This document shows positions 19,398 to 29,891 of a stretch of 64,000 nucleotides of DNA, one piece after another (within the stretch, counting starts at the first letter, position 1; every line of letters begins with the position of its first letter). Source of the stretch: Eubacteriales bacterium (GTDB taxonomy: Bacteria > Bacillota > Clostridia > Oscillospirales > CAG-272). The stretch is taken from positions 264 through 64,263 of the forward strand of contig JAZNZE010000001.1 of NCBI GenBank assembly GCA_045594785.1, in the 5' to 3' direction. The notes beneath the pieces are model-generated. The model had not been told where the DNA came from. It made no database searches and saw only the letters and a list, made by a program, of their open reading frames with translations. The position numbers were made by a program, and so were the translations under genes.

Positions 19398-19913
19398 TTA
19401 ACCGCCGTTTTTCAATAGTCTTCTTCGCTCCTTATAGTCGGGAAGATATCTTTCTATTATAGCATAAAATCGTTTTGAATGATTCATTTCAACAAGATGT
19501 GCCAGCTCATGAACAACAACGTATTCGCGAGCAGCCTCGGGATATAGCATCAACCTATACGAAAATGATATATTGCGCTTTGATGAGCAAGAGCCGAATC
19601 TGGTCTTAGCACCCGTTATTGTAATTCTGCCGTATTTTAAATTCATAATTTTAGAAAAATATTCAGCTTTATCTTTAAAATACTTCTTTGCTTGTACTCT
19701 TAGCTCCGCTATTTGTTCATCGCTCAAATTCTCATCAACAGCTTTTCTGTTTTTGTGTTTTTCAAGCTTTTCAAGTATCCACTTTTCGTGTGAAAGTATT
19801 ATCTTTTCGGCATCCTTATCACTAAGCCTCATAGGTCCGCGTAAAATTACCCGCCCCTCTTTTATACTTATAGTTACAGTACGTCTGTCACTTCTTATTA
19901 TTTCATATTTCAT
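19398..19913 (-). CDS. YgjP/DUF45-type metal-dependent hydrolase (M48-like HExxH)
   Basis: HELAHLVEMNHSKRF motif. Start at ATG 19913 (MKYEIIRSD) behind GGAGGAAG. Confidence 0.75.
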   Translation of the reverse strand: MKYEIIRSDRRTVTISIKEGRVILRGPMRLSDKDAEKIILSHEKWILEKLEKHKNRKAVDENLSDEQIAELRVQAKKYFKDKAEYFSKIMNLKYGRITITGAKTRFGSCSSKRNISFSYRLMLYPEAAREYVVVHELAHLVEMNHSKRFYAIIERYLPDYKERRRLLKNGG

Positions 19914-19966
19914 AGGGTCTTCCTCCAAAGATATTCTACCACCAAAGAAAGCTTTTGTAAATAGCA

Positions 19967-22222
19967 TTAATAAAGAATTTTTCTGTTCTTTCCTTGCTTT
20001 TCTCTATACGCATATTTTTCATCAGATACAGCAATTTCCTTTGGAAAAATTCTTTCTTCGATTTTTACAAGAGCTATTTTAGATAAAAACGGAAACAGAT
20101 TTTCGTAAAATATTACGTGCCTATCACACTCTCGGCTCGGTTCAGTCCCTCTTATAAAGTAGCCATAACCAAGTCTGTTTCCCCTGGGGTCATAGCTGCA
20201 GTTTTTAGAAAAAAGCTCTCCGGAATCCTTGCAAAAGGATTCATATACAAGATTTTCCGTAGAAAAAAACCTTTCCTGCTCCTCGTATCCTATAGTTTTC
20301 TCGTGAATTATTCTCATAACGTCATTCCAAACGCTAAAATGATTTTTAGCGTGGTTTCCGACAGAATTTGACTTATCAGGATATCCGCACCATATTCCTG
20401 CAATATAGTACGGCGTATATCCTATAAAAATTCTATCTCGGTCGCTTCCCGATGTTCCTGTCTTTCCTGCTGTATCGTAAATATTTTTCAAATCGATTTT
20501 CGAAGCTGTTCCGCTCTCAACCACTTCTTTAAGCAGTTGTGTCATTACTCTCGCGGATTCAGCGCTTGAAACTTGTCTTTCTTCTCTTTTATTCTCAATT
20601 ATAATTTTGCCTTCGGAATCGAAAACCGCTATATAACTTCTGCCGATATTAAGCTTCCCTTCGTTGGAAAATACGTTGTATGCTTCCGTAAGCTTTCTTA
20701 ACGAAATCCCCTTTGATAGCTGCCCGAGAGCCAGAGGTGAGGGCGCTAAATCGGTTACTCTTCCATTTATGCCTTTTTCCGAATAAACTAAGCTTTGGAA
20801 TTCAAAATTATCGCTCAGATACTTATATATTTTTTCCGCTCCGAGCATATTGTAAAGTCTCACCGCAACCGTGTTTTTTGAAACACGTAAAGCCTCTGAT
20901 GCCGTAATAAGACCGTCATATTTTGCAGGATAGTTTTTTGGATATTCAACCGTTTTTCCGTTTGCATCCTTATAAAAGCTGACAGGTACGTCATCAAAAA
21001 CCGTTGACCATCTTATTTTTTCTTCGTCTATTAACGGAAGGTAAAGCGCCAAAGGCTTCAGTGCCGATCCCGGTGTATTCAACGTCAAAGCATAATTACA
21101 TTCCCCGTTGCTCCTTTTTTTCCCAACCGCTCCAACAATGCCTCTTAGTAGATTTTTTTCAGCATCGCTTATTACCATTGAATATTCTAAGCCGTTACTG
21201 CATTCGTCAGGAAAATTATCCGTATTTTCAAAATATTTTTCAAGCTCACCCTGAATAGTAGGGTCAACGGTGGTATAAATATCTGCCCCTCTTTTATATA
21301 GCAAAAATCTGGCAGCCTCGTAAGAATAGCCATACCTTTTCATAAGGTCGCGTGTAACGTCCTCGGTTACGGTTTCTATAAACCAGGATTTTACGCTATC
21401 GTCATTACGTTCTCCGTCAAGAACAGATATTGGCTTTGCGCGAGCGCTATTGTAAAGCTCGTAATCTATCACGCCCTCTTGGTACATAACGTAAAGAACC
21501 TTGTCTCTTTTTTCTTTACATTCTGCATTGTGGCGATAAGGATTATATCTTGTAGGAGCATTAGCAATAGCGATAAGAGTTGCAGCCTCATCGGCGCTTA
21601 AATCCGAAGGAGCTTTCCCGAAAAAGCTTTTTGAAGCAAGTCCTATACCTGTAATATTATTACTCATAGGAATAACGTTCAGATAAAGCTCAAAAATCTC
21701 CTCTTTTGAATGGCTATATTCAATATGATATGCCCTGATTATTTCGTCAAGCTTTCTCTTTACGGTTTTCTCACTGTTTCCTGATATGTTTTTAATTACC
21801 TGCTGAGTAATCGTAGAGCCGCCAAAGTCTTTTCCTCTGTTAAAAACGAAATTTGCGGTAGCTGCAAGAGTTCTCTTTACGTCAATACCGTGATGTGAAA
21901 AGAACCCCCTGTCCTCCATAGCGATAAAGCCGTTTATAAGATATGGAGAAAAGTCCTCGTACGGATACCACTCCCGCTTTTCATTCGAACATTTTATTTC
22001 TTTAAAGAGCACGGGGCTGTAGCTATCAAGGCTGTCGCTTTTATTTTCATCATAATAAAATCGAATACTTTCATCAGCCTGCGCACTTCTGAAAAGTGCT
22101 TCGTCAGCCTCAAAATCAACTCCTGCATTAACATAAACAGCAAGCGCTCCGACTGCAAGAAGAATGCATAAAACCAATGCACAAATAATTATAAAAAATA
22201 CCTTTACTACTCTTGATTTCAT
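19967..22222 (-). CDS. class A penicillin-binding protein (PBP1A-type transglycosylase/transpeptidase)
   Basis: 751 aa. N-terminal TM segment. GT51 motifs EDRGFFSHHGID and GGSTITQQ. Transpeptidase motifs SALKP and KTGTS. Confidence 0.9.
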   Translation of the reverse strand: MKSRVVKVFFIIICALVLCILLAVGALAVYVNAGVDFEADEALFRSAQADESIRFYYDENKSDSLDSYSPVLFKEIKCSNEKREWYPYEDFSPYLINGFIAMEDRGFFSHHGIDVKRTLAATANFVFNRGKDFGGSTITQQVIKNISGNSEKTVKRKLDEIIRAYHIEYSHSKEEIFELYLNVIPMSNNITGIGLASKSFFGKAPSDLSADEAATLIAIANAPTRYNPYRHNAECKEKRDKVLYVMYQEGVIDYELYNSARAKPISVLDGERNDDSVKSWFIETVTEDVTRDLMKRYGYSYEAARFLLYKRGADIYTTVDPTIQGELEKYFENTDNFPDECSNGLEYSMVISDAEKNLLRGIVGAVGKKRSNGECNYALTLNTPGSALKPLALYLPLIDEEKIRWSTVFDDVPVSFYKDANGKTVEYPKNYPAKYDGLITASEALRVSKNTVAVRLYNMLGAEKIYKYLSDNFEFQSLVYSEKGINGRVTDLAPSPLALGQLSKGISLRKLTEAYNVFSNEGKLNIGRSYIAVFDSEGKIIIENKREERQVSSAESARVMTQLLKEVVESGTASKIDLKNIYDTAGKTGTSGSDRDRIFIGYTPYYIAGIWCGYPDKSNSVGNHAKNHFSVWNDVMRIIHEKTIGYEEQERFFSTENLVYESFCKDSGELFSKNCSYDPRGNRLGYGYFIRGTEPSRECDRHVIFYENLFPFLSKIALVKIEERIFPKEIAVSDEKYAYREKQGKNRKILY

Positions 22223-22224
22223 AA

Positions 22225-22269
22225 AAAAGCTCCCGTGAGTTTTTTAAATCTTTCCTCACGAGAGCTTTT
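22225..22269 (-). terminator. truA terminator-like hairpin that also contains the PBP1A Shine-Dalgarno sequence
   Basis: On the minus strand, GCUCUCGUGAG (22265-22255) pairs with CUCACGGGAGC (22239-22229). This is followed by UUUUUU and then the ATG at 22222. GGGAG (22234-22230) lies in the 3' arm. Confidence 0.55.
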
Positions 22270-22301
22270 TTATTTTGAAAAATTATACTAGTTTTGGAAA
22301 A

Positions 22302-23045
22302 TCAATAACTTACGCGGTTTAGATATAGTCCCGCGGCAGGCGCGGTCATACCGGCATTTTTACGATTTCCCGATTTTATTATCTCTTCCAGCTCTTCCGG
22401 CAAAATTCTTCCGAAAGCAACCTCTGTAAGAGTTCCCACGATTATCCTAACCATATTATAGAGAAAACCGTCCGCGCAGATTCTGATTTCAATATAATCC
22501 CCGCATCTTTCTATTTTAAGATAAAAAACCTCTCTCACGGTATCCGTAACGTCCGAGCCCTCTGCCATAAATGCCGAAAAGTCCTTTTTACCGACAATGT
22601 ATTCGGCTGCTGCTTTCATTTTTTGAAGAGCCAAGTCCGAAATAGGCGGATTGAGAAGCCAAACTCTTCCGTAATCAAAAGGATCGCTTATCCGTGTATT
22701 TCTTATTCTGTAAAGATATTCCTTGGATTTTACCGAATACCTCGGATGAAACGAAGCATCAGCTTCCTCTGCATAGTAAAGAGACAAATCGGGCGGCAAA
22801 AACCTCGCTACCGCAAGCGGCAGCTTTTCAGGCGGTACTGTAGCGTTTTCATTTTCCACGGTTATACAGAAGGTATTTGCGTGAACACCAGCATCGGTTC
22901 TGCTGCATCCGGTTATTTTACACTCCGAGCCTATAGCTTGTTCTAAAGCAGAAGAAAGCTCGCCTTGAACAGTTCTGCATCCGGGCTGAACCTGAAAGCC
23001 GTGAAAATCCGTTCCGATATATTTTATTTTTGCAAAATATTTCAT
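22302..23045 (-). CDS. truA: tRNA pseudouridine(38-40) synthase
   Basis: KYIGTDFHGFQVQ and catalytic RTDAGVHA motifs. ATG at 23045; the tracked GTG at 23054 is an alternative start. Confidence 0.9.
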   Translation of the reverse strand: MKYFAKIKYIGTDFHGFQVQPGCRTVQGELSSALEQAIGSECKITGCSRTDAGVHANTFCITVENENATVPPEKLPLAVARFLPPDLSLYYAEEADASFHPRYSVKSKEYLYRIRNTRISDPFDYGRVWLLNPPISDLALQKMKAAAEYIVGKKDFSAFMAEGSDVTDTVREVFYLKIERCGDYIEIRICADGFLYNMVRIIVGTLTEVAFGRILPEELEEIIKSGNRKNAGMTAPAAGLYLNRVSY

Positions 23046-23072
23046 AATACTCACTTAATCACCGCGCACGCA

Positions 23073-23933
23073 TTATATAACGTAGAACAGTATTTTCAGA
23101 ATATCAATCTCCGTCTGAACGTGAGACGGAATAATCCGAAGCGTTATTATAGCTCCAAGAAATACGACAGTTCCCAAAAACCAAGCTAAATCTCTCAGCT
23201 TATAAGAAAGCTTCACAAGCTTAGTTCTGTTCTTATCTCCGCGATAGCAACGGCATTCCATAGCAGTAGCAAGCTCTTCCGCTCTCTTGAACGAAGAAAC
23301 GAACAGGGGTATTATTATCGGTATAAGAGCTTTTGCTCTCTTTATAAGCCCTCCGCTTGAAAAATCTGCTCCTCTTGATTTTTGCGCATTCATTATCTTC
23401 TCGGTTTCTTCAACTAAGGTGGGAATAAAACGCAAAGCTATCGTCATCATCATTGCAAAGAGATGAACGGGAACTTTAATCTTTTTCAGTGGTGAAAGAA
23501 GTGATTCGATTCCGTCAGTCAAAGCAATCGGAGAGGTTGTATAGGTAAGAAGCGTGCTAGTGCCGATAATAAGGATTATAACGCGAAGCGCCATAAATAC
23601 AGCTCTTATTATTCCCTCTTTATAAATCTCTATAATCCAAAAGGATACTAGAGGCTCAGAGCTTCCTTTTGTAAGAAAAACGTTAATTACAGCAGTAAAA
23701 ATAAGAACTATAATTATCGGCTTTATTCCCTTTAGAATAATTTTGAAAGAAATCCCGCTTGCAAGAGTCATAAGAACAGTAAACAGAATCAGCGCGATAA
23801 AAGCCATCAGTGTAGAGGCAAGAAATACCGCTACTATAAAAATTATTGCAAGAATAATTTTCGTTCTTGGGTCAAGACGGTGAATTACCGACTCGCCCGG
23901 AAAAAATTGACCTAACGTTATATCGGAAATCAT
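23073..23933 (-). CDS. ecfT: energy-coupling factor transporter transmembrane component
   Basis: 286-aa polytopic membrane protein. Third gene of the ecfA1-ecfA2-ecfT-truA arrangement that is conserved in Firmicutes. Confidence 0.85.
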   Translation of the reverse strand: MISDITLGQFFPGESVIHRLDPRTKIILAIIFIVAVFLASTLMAFIALILFTVLMTLASGISFKIILKGIKPIIIVLIFTAVINVFLTKGSSEPLVSFWIIEIYKEGIIRAVFMALRVIILIIGTSTLLTYTTSPIALTDGIESLLSPLKKIKVPVHLFAMMMTIALRFIPTLVEETEKIMNAQKSRGADFSSGGLIKRAKALIPIIIPLFVSSFKRAEELATAMECRCYRGDKNRTKLVKLSYKLRDLAWFLGTVVFLGAIITLRIIPSHVQTEIDILKILFYVI

Positions 23934-24796
23934 TTCGTATCCCTCCCAATATAACTTAATATAGCATCTTTGACACCGTCAACGGTATACAGCTTTCCCG
24001 TAAGCGCTATGCCCTCTTTGCGAAGTCTTGCTGCTATTTTTGAAACCACGGGAACGTCAAGTCCGATATCTACAAGGGCTTCGGAATCAGAGAATATTTC
24101 ATCCACCGTTCCTGTCTTATAAACCTTTGCATCGCTCATTACCACAACGTCATCACAATAGTAAGCCATATCCTCCATAGAATGACTTACGAGAATAACG
24201 GTAGCGTCATACCTTTTTACGTATTCCGCAAGTCCGCCGAGAATTTCCCGTCTGCCTCTGGGGTCAAGCCCTGCTGCAGGCTCATCGAGCACCAGAACCT
24301 CCGGGCGCATAGCTATAATTCCTGCTATTGCAACTCTTCTCTTCTGTCCGCCTGAGAGCTCAAAGGGAGATTTATCCAAAATATCCTGCGGTACTCCTAC
24401 GAATTCAGCGGCTTCGATTACTCTTTCCTCGATTTCAGCCGCAGAAAGACCTTGGTTTTTAGGACCAAATCCGATATCAGCTCTTACAGTTTCTTCAAAA
24501 AGCTGATATTCGGGGTACTGCATTACAAGACCGACACGATATCTTATCTTTGATATAGCCTTAGGCTTTTCCCAGATATCAACACCGTCAAGCAGAACCT
24601 TGCCCGCTGTAGGTCTATATAAACCGTTGAGAAGATTAACAAGTGTCGATTTTCCCGATCCCGTATGCCCTATCAAACCGGTTATTTTTCCTTTTTCAAA
24701 TTTTACGCTGACGTTATCAAGGGCAACCATTTCAAACGGAGTTCCCTTGCTATAAAGAAATGATACGTCAACAAGTTCGATTTTGCTCATTTTCAA
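23930..24796 (-). CDS. ecfA2: energy-coupling factor transporter ATPase
   Basis: Walker A GHTGSGKST, signature LSGGQKRR, Walker B VLVLDEPAAGLD. Confidence 0.85.
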   Translation of the reverse strand: MKMSKIELVDVSFLYSKGTPFEMVALDNVSVKFEKGKITGLIGHTGSGKSTLVNLLNGLYRPTAGKVLLDGVDIWEKPKAISKIRYRVGLVMQYPEYQLFEETVRADIGFGPKNQGLSAAEIEERVIEAAEFVGVPQDILDKSPFELSGGQKRRVAIAGIIAMRPEVLVLDEPAAGLDPRGRREILGGLAEYVKRYDATVILVSHSMEDMAYYCDDVVVMSDAKVYKTGTVDEIFSDSEALVDIGLDVPVVSKIAARLRKEGIALTGKLYTVDGVKDAILSYIGRDTK

Positions 24797-25698
24797 ACCG
24801 TTTCTCTTTTTTCTTTTAAATAATTTATAAGCGTATCAGCGCATTCCTGCTCGCTGAGCGCTTTTTGATCAAGCTCAATACCCATTTCGGCAAGGGCAAA
24901 AATCAGCTCTTTTCCTTGGGGGGCTTCAAGTCCTATTTCGTGAAGCGTATTTACGTTTGCAAACACTTCCTTTGCCGTTCCGTCAAGCAAAAGCCTTCCG
25001 TCATTTATAACTACAACTCTGTCCGCTCTTGCGGCTTCGTCCATATAATGCGTAATGTTAATCACGGTTATTTTTTCTTCGCGATTAAGCTTTTCCATAA
25101 TCCGGACTACCTCTTGCCTGCCCAGAGGATCAAGCATAGCTGTTGATTCGTCAAAAATTATTACCTTCGGCTTCATTGCGATAATTCCTGCAATTGCAAC
25201 CCTCTGCTTCTGACCGCCGGAAAGCTTATGAGGCGCGTGACGCTTATATGCAGTCATATCTACAAGCTCAAGCGCTTCATCTACTCTTTTGCGGATTTCT
25301 TCACGAGGAAGACCTAGGTTTTCCGGACCGAACGCAACGTCCTCCTCCACAACCGTAGCTACAAGCTGGTTATCGGGGTTTTGAAAAACCATACCAATGT
25401 TTCGGCGCACGTCAAAAACGTCATCCTCCGTAAAATCCGGAGAGGTTATTTCAACACCGTCTATAAAAACCTTACCTACGGTAGGCACTAAAATCATATT
25501 TAAAAGCTTTGCAAGTGTAGATTTACCCGAGCCGTTATGCCCGAGTACCGCCACGTATTCGCCCTCATAAACCTCAAGGTTTACGTCCGATAACGCCGGT
25601 ATTTCTTTTTCCTCGGAAACAAGCGGAAGCTCTTCTTCATAATCCTCGTATGTGAATCCGAGATTTTCTGTTTTTATAATTACCCTTTTTTCTGTCAT
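24793..25698 (-). CDS. ecfA1: energy-coupling factor transporter ATPase
   Basis: Walker A GHNGSGKST, signature LSGGQKQR, Walker B VIIFDESTAMLD. Confidence 0.85.
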   Translation of the reverse strand: MTEKRVIIKTENLGFTYEDYEEELPLVSEEKEIPALSDVNLEVYEGEYVAVLGHNGSGKSTLAKLLNMILVPTVGKVFIDGVEITSPDFTEDDVFDVRRNIGMVFQNPDNQLVATVVEEDVAFGPENLGLPREEIRKRVDEALELVDMTAYKRHAPHKLSGGQKQRVAIAGIIAMKPKVIIFDESTAMLDPLGRQEVVRIMEKLNREEKITVINITHYMDEAARADRVVVINDGRLLLDGTAKEVFANVNTLHEIGLEAPQGKELIFALAEMGIELDQKALSEQECADTLINYLKEKRETV

Positions 25699-25709
25699 TT
25701 GTAAATTCC

Positions 25710-26573
25710 TTATTTAAATACAACGCGAACACTTGAACCGCACGGTAAAGCGAGACCGCTGTCCTTAACCGGAAGACCAAGCTCGTCAGCTTCGGATACA
25801 CCGTTTCGGCTTTTTAAAAGTCGTGTGTCGGTTATGTATTTCATTGTGGATGCGGAAAGACCTGTAGTATATGAATTAAGCAAGAAGAACAATGGGGTTT
25901 CTGACAAAACACCGTTGCAAAGATCAACGAATGAATCTATGCTTTCCTCGATTTTCCATACCTCACCCGTAGGTCCTCTTCCGTACGATGGCGGGTCCAT
26001 AATAATAGCATCATACTTTCTGCCGCGCCTTATCTCACGTTCTATGAACTTTTTGCAATCATCTACAATATATCTGATAGGCGCATCCGAAAGTCCTGAA
26101 AGCTCTGCGTTTTCTTTTGCCGATGCAACCATTCCGCGAGAAGCATCGACGTGACAGACCGAAGCACCGGCCTTTGCGGCGGCAACGGTAGCTCCTCCGG
26201 TGTAGGCAAAAAGATTCAGAACGCTTATGCTTCTTCCTGCGTTTTTAATAAGCTCACGCATCCAGTCCCAGTTTGCAGCCTGCTCAGGAAAAAGCCCGGT
26301 GTGCTTAAATCCCATAGGCTTAATTCTGAATTTTAAATCACCGTAGCCTATAATCCAGCTCTCAGGAAGTCTGTTTTCACTCCAAGCGCCTCCACCTGAT
26401 TTGCTTCTTTTATAGCTGGCGTCTGCCTTCTTCCACAATGGATTTTTCTTTTCGGTTTTCCATATTACCTGAGGGTCGGGACGGATAAGACTGTATTTTC
26501 CCCAGTATTCAAGCTTTTCTCCGTCTGACGTATCTATAACCGTATAATCCTTCCAATTTTCAGCTATCCACAT
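25710..26573 (-). CDS. class I SAM-dependent (rRNA large-subunit type, RlmI/RlmK-like) methyltransferase
   Basis: Start trimmed to MWIAENWKDY (ATG 26573); the longer tracked ORF overlaps ruvC. SAM motif VLNLFAYTGG and catalytic-region IIMDPPSYG. Confidence 0.65.
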   Translation of the reverse strand: MWIAENWKDYTVIDTSDGEKLEYWGKYSLIRPDPQVIWKTEKKNPLWKKADASYKRSKSGGGAWSENRLPESWIIGYGDLKFRIKPMGFKHTGLFPEQAANWDWMRELIKNAGRSISVLNLFAYTGGATVAAAKAGASVCHVDASRGMVASAKENAELSGLSDAPIRYIVDDCKKFIEREIRRGRKYDAIIMDPPSYGRGPTGEVWKIEESIDSFVDLCNGVLSETPLFFLLNSYTTGLSASTMKYITDTRLLKSRNGVSEADELGLPVKDSGLALPCGSSVRVVFK

Positions 26574-26577
26574 ATCA

Positions 26578-27081
26578 TTACCTTCTCTGATTGAAATAAG
26601 TTCCAAGCGCTGAGCCACTGCAATTTGCGTGACAGATGGCTATCGCGATTGCATCAGCGGTATCATCCGGCTTCGGAGGCTTTGGGAGCTTGAGAAGAGA
26701 GGTTACCATGCTTATCACCTGATGCTTTTCCGCTTTTCCGTATCCGACAACAGCCTGCTTTACCTGAAGAGGTGTGTACTCGCTTATTCTCACACCGAGC
26801 TTGTGAGCAGTACAAAGAATTACGCCTCTTGCCTCCGCAACCACGATTCCTGTTGTCGTATTGGTATTAAAAAACAGCTCTTCTATTGCCATTTCATCGG
26901 GCTTATACTTATTTATTAAAGCTTCTATATCCTCAGATATCATAAGGAGACGCTTTTCAACATCGGTATGCGCGGGCGTAGTTATAGCGCCGTAAGCAAT
27001 AGGTCGCATTTGTCCTCTGACAGACTCAATTATGCCCCAGCCCACAATGGCAAGCCCCGGATCTATTCCAAGAATTATCAT
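26578..27081 (-). CDS. ruvC: crossover junction endodeoxyribonuclease RuvC
   Basis: 167 aa with MIILGIDPGLAIVGWG...DAADAIAIAICH, typical of RuvC. Confidence 0.9.
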   Translation of the reverse strand: MIILGIDPGLAIVGWGIIESVRGQMRPIAYGAITTPAHTDVEKRLLMISEDIEALINKYKPDEMAIEELFFNTNTTTGIVVAEARGVILCTAHKLGVRISEYTPLQVKQAVVGYGKAEKHQVISMVTSLLKLPKPPKPDDTADAIAIAICHANCSGSALGTYFNQRR

Positions 27082-27183
27082 AATTCACCTAAATAACAAT
27101 ATTTTTCCTATTATACCGATATTATAACACAATAAACCGACATAGTCAATCAAAGTTTTTTAAAAATATTATAATTCTTTTAC

Positions 27184-27212
27184 TTTACAAATCTCGGTTG
27201 ATATGGTATACT
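27184..27212 (+). promoter_or_regulatory. putative sigma-A promoter for DUF951-ruvA-ruvB
   Basis: TTTACA at 27184-27189, 17-nt spacer, TGG-TATACT at 27207-27212. Confidence 0.4.
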
Positions 27213-27242
27213 GTAATAGTAAAACATTTTTGAGGAGTTTTT

Positions 27243-27431
27243 ATGCAAGTAATTCCTTTAAAAGTCGGTGACAAGCTGCTTCTTAAAAAAAAGCACCCCT
27301 GCTCTTCGGACGTATTCAAGGTTCTGAGGGTTGGCAGCGATATAAAAATCCTTTGTGACGGCTGCGGCAGGGATCTGATGCTTCCGCGCGAGAAGCTCGA
27401 AAAAATGATAAAGAGGGTTATCGAGCAATAA
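27243..27431 (+). CDS. DUF951-family small protein
   Basis: 62 aa. KKKHPCSSDVFKVLRVGSDIKILCDGCGRDLMLPREKLEK resembles the conserved DUF951 pattern. GAGGAG RBS. Confidence 0.7.
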   Translation: MQVIPLKVGDKLLLKKKHPCSSDVFKVLRVGSDIKILCDGCGRDLMLPREKLEKMIKRVIEQ

Positions 27432-27454
27432 CCAATCAACGAAACGGAGAAAAT

Positions 27455-28066
27455 ATGTATTACTATCTTTACGGTACTCTTGTAATAAACGAAGCCGGCA
27501 CTGCGGTTATAGATTGCAACGGTGTTGCCTATAAGCTCACGACAAGTCTCATAACTTCCGAGCTGCTTGGCGATAAAAAAGGCGAAAAAGTTAAATTATA
27601 CACCCATCTAGCAGTCAGAGAGGACGGAATTGAGCTTTTTGGCTTTGAGAGCAACGAAGAGCGCGAATGCTTCAATAAGCTTATAACGGTAAGCGGAGTA
27701 GGTCCTAAAGCCGCTATGAGCATTCTTTCTATTATGACACCTGACAATTTTGCGTTTTCGGTATGCACGGAGGATATAAAAGCTATATCCAAGGCTTCCG
27801 GAATCGGTGCAAAAACAGCGGCAAGAATAGTTCTCGAATTAAAGGACAAGCTATCTGCCGAGCTCTCGGCTTACAGCGGAAAACCAACAGCTTCAAAGAA
27901 AACAGCCTCTCCTATAATGATTTCCGGAAATCTTGCCGAGGCAACCGAAGCTCTTATGGTGCTTGGATACGATAAAAATGCGGTTTCCAATGCCATCACA
28001 GGTCTTGACCCCAAGGCAGACACCGGAGAAATAATAAGACTTGCCCTTAAAAAGCTTGCAAAATAA
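27455..28066 (+). CDS. ruvA: Holliday junction branch migration complex subunit RuvA
   Basis: 203 aa. OB fold followed by HhH motifs (LITVSGVGPKAAMSILS, ASGIGAKTAARIVLELK). Confidence 0.9.
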   Translation: MYYYLYGTLVINEAGTAVIDCNGVAYKLTTSLITSELLGDKKGEKVKLYTHLAVREDGIELFGFESNEERECFNKLITVSGVGPKAAMSILSIMTPDNFAFSVCTEDIKAISKASGIGAKTAARIVLELKDKLSAELSAYSGKPTASKKTASPIMISGNLAEATEALMVLGYDKNAVSNAITGLDPKADTGEIIRLALKKLAK

Positions 28067-28087
28067 ACGAGAGGACAAAAAGACGTT

Positions 28088-29167
28088 ATGATGGAAGAAA
28101 TCAACGAATTCGATTACGAAAATCGAATCGTTTCAAACGAATATGATGCCAACGAGGACGCTGAGGTAGAAAATTCACTCAGACCTAAAACATTAACCGA
28201 ATACGTTGGACAGGTAAAGGCCAAGGAAAATCTTAAGGTTTACATAGAAAGCGCAAAGCTTCGCTCAGAATCACTTGACCACGTGCTGCTTTACGGTCCT
28301 CCCGGCCTCGGAAAAACAACCCTTTCCACAATTATAGCAAACGAAATGGGTGTGAAAATACGCACCACCTCAGGCCCTGCAATAGAAAAACAGGGTGACC
28401 TTGCCGCTATACTTACAAACCTTAATGACGGAGACGTGCTTTTTATAGATGAAATACACCGTCTTTCAAGAGCGGTAGAAGAAATTCTTTATCCTGCAAT
28501 GGAGGATTATTCCATTGATATAATTATCGGAAAAGGCCCGAGCGCGCGTTCAATAAGGCTTCCCCTTCCGAAATTTACTCTTATAGGTGCAACAACTCGT
28601 GCGGGACAGCTCACAACGCCCCTCAGAGACCGCTTCGGCGTTCTTTTAAAGCTTGAACTTTACACGCCTGAGGAGCTTGCAACTATAGTTAAGCGCTCTG
28701 CTAATATCCTTGAAATTCCAATTACTGATGACGGTGCACTGAGTATAGCATCGCGCTCAAGAGGAACTCCGCGTATAGCAAACAGACTTCTTAAGCGTGT
28801 AAGAGATTTCGCGCTCGTTAAGGGAGACGGTACTATAACCACGGAAATTGCAAAGTTTTCACTTGATGCGCTTGAAATTGACGAGCTTGGACTTGATAAT
28901 ATCGACAGGCGTATGCTTGAAGCAATAATCAAGTTTTACGGCGGCGGACCTGTAGGTCTTGAAACGCTCGCCGCAACGATAGGAGAGGAAGCTATAACAA
29001 TTGAGGACGTATATGAGCCGTATCTTATGCAGATAGGCTTTTTAGCAAGAACCCCGAGAGGAAGATGCGCTACAAGGCTTGCCTACAATCACTTAAACAT
29101 TGCGTTTACCGAAGGCGAGTCGAAAAATCAGCTCCCCGGACAAACAACCATCAATATTGACACTTAA
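28088..29167 (+). CDS. ruvB: Holliday junction DNA helicase RuvB
   Basis: [12 protein letters not shown], Walker [10 protein letters not shown], Walker [10 protein letters not shown] and the [11 protein letters not shown] sensor motif. Confidence 0.95.
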   Translation: MMEEINEFDYENRIVSNEYDANEDAEVENSLRPKTLTEYVGQVKAKENLKVYIESAKLRSESLDHVLLYGPPGLGKTTLSTIIANEMGVKIRTTSGPAIEKQGDLAAILTNLNDGDVLFIDEIHRLSRAVEEILYPAMEDYSIDIIIGKGPSARSIRLPLPKFTLIGATTRAGQLTTPLRDRFGVLLKLELYTPEELATIVKRSANILEIPITDDGALSIASRSRGTPRIANRLLKRVRDFALVKGDGTITTEIAKFSLDALEIDELGLDNIDRRMLEAIIKFYGGGPVGLETLAATIGEEAITIEDVYEPYLMQIGFLARTPRGRCATRLAYNHLNIAFTEGESKNQLPGQTTINIDT

Positions 29168-29183
29168 TTTTAAAAAGCTCAAT

Positions 29184-29227
29184 AAAGAAAGAGTGGAGAT
29201 GCCATTTTTAGCATCTCCACTTTTTTC
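29184..29227. terminator. bidirectional rho-independent terminator (ruvB / rpe)
   Basis: Perfect 10-bp stem GTGGAGATGC (29193-29202) / GCATCTCCAC (29211-29220). A-rich 5' flank and TTTTTT 3' flank. Confidence 0.7.
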
Positions 29228-29249
29228 ACTTGTTCTGTAACTTTACTTT

Positions 29250-29891
29250 TTATCTGAGTGCATCTATAGCTGCTTTTCTGTCCTCGTAATTAAATACAGC
29301 GCTGCCGGCAACAAGTACGTTCGCGCCCGCTTTTACGGCATCTGCTGCGGTTTTTCCGTTAATTCCGCCGTCCACCTGGATATCAACGTCAAGTCCGCGT
29401 TTGGTAATTTCCTCACGCAAGGTCTTCACTTTATCAAGACAGAACGGAATGAGAGACTGTCCTCCGTATCCGGGTTCAACGGTCATAACGAGAATCATAT
29501 CGCATCTGTCAAGGTAAGGATACACCTCTTCAATCGGAGTGTTTGGCTTAACCGATACGGCTACCTTTATACCTCTCTTTTTTATCATCTCAATGCAACC
29601 GTCAACGTCATCTGTAGCTTCAAGATGGAAGGTTATAAGATCAGCTCCGCTGTCAATAAAACGGTCTATGTACCTTTCGGGTTTTTCAATCATAAGATGA
29701 ACGTCAAGAAAAATATCCGTTACCTTTTTTAGAGAAGCAATAATAGGAAACGCAAAAGACATATTCGGAACGAACATTCCGTCCATAACGTCAATATGTG
29801 CCATTTCTGCACCGGCATTTTTTATATCCTCGACCTCTTTGCCGAGAATCGCAAAATCTGCCGAAAGTATAGAAGGTGAAATTTTTACCAT
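29250..29891 (-). CDS. rpe: ribulose-phosphate 3-epimerase
   Basis: ISPSILSADF...HIDVMDGMFVPN...VDGGIN motifs. Confidence 0.9.
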   Translation of the reverse strand: MVKISPSILSADFAILGKEVEDIKNAGAEMAHIDVMDGMFVPNMSFAFPIIASLKKVTDIFLDVHLMIEKPERYIDRFIDSGADLITFHLEATDDVDGCIEMIKKRGIKVAVSVKPNTPIEEVYPYLDRCDMILVMTVEPGYGGQSLIPFCLDKVKTLREEITKRGLDVDIQVDGGINGKTAADAVKAGANVLVAGSAVFNYEDRKAAIDALR

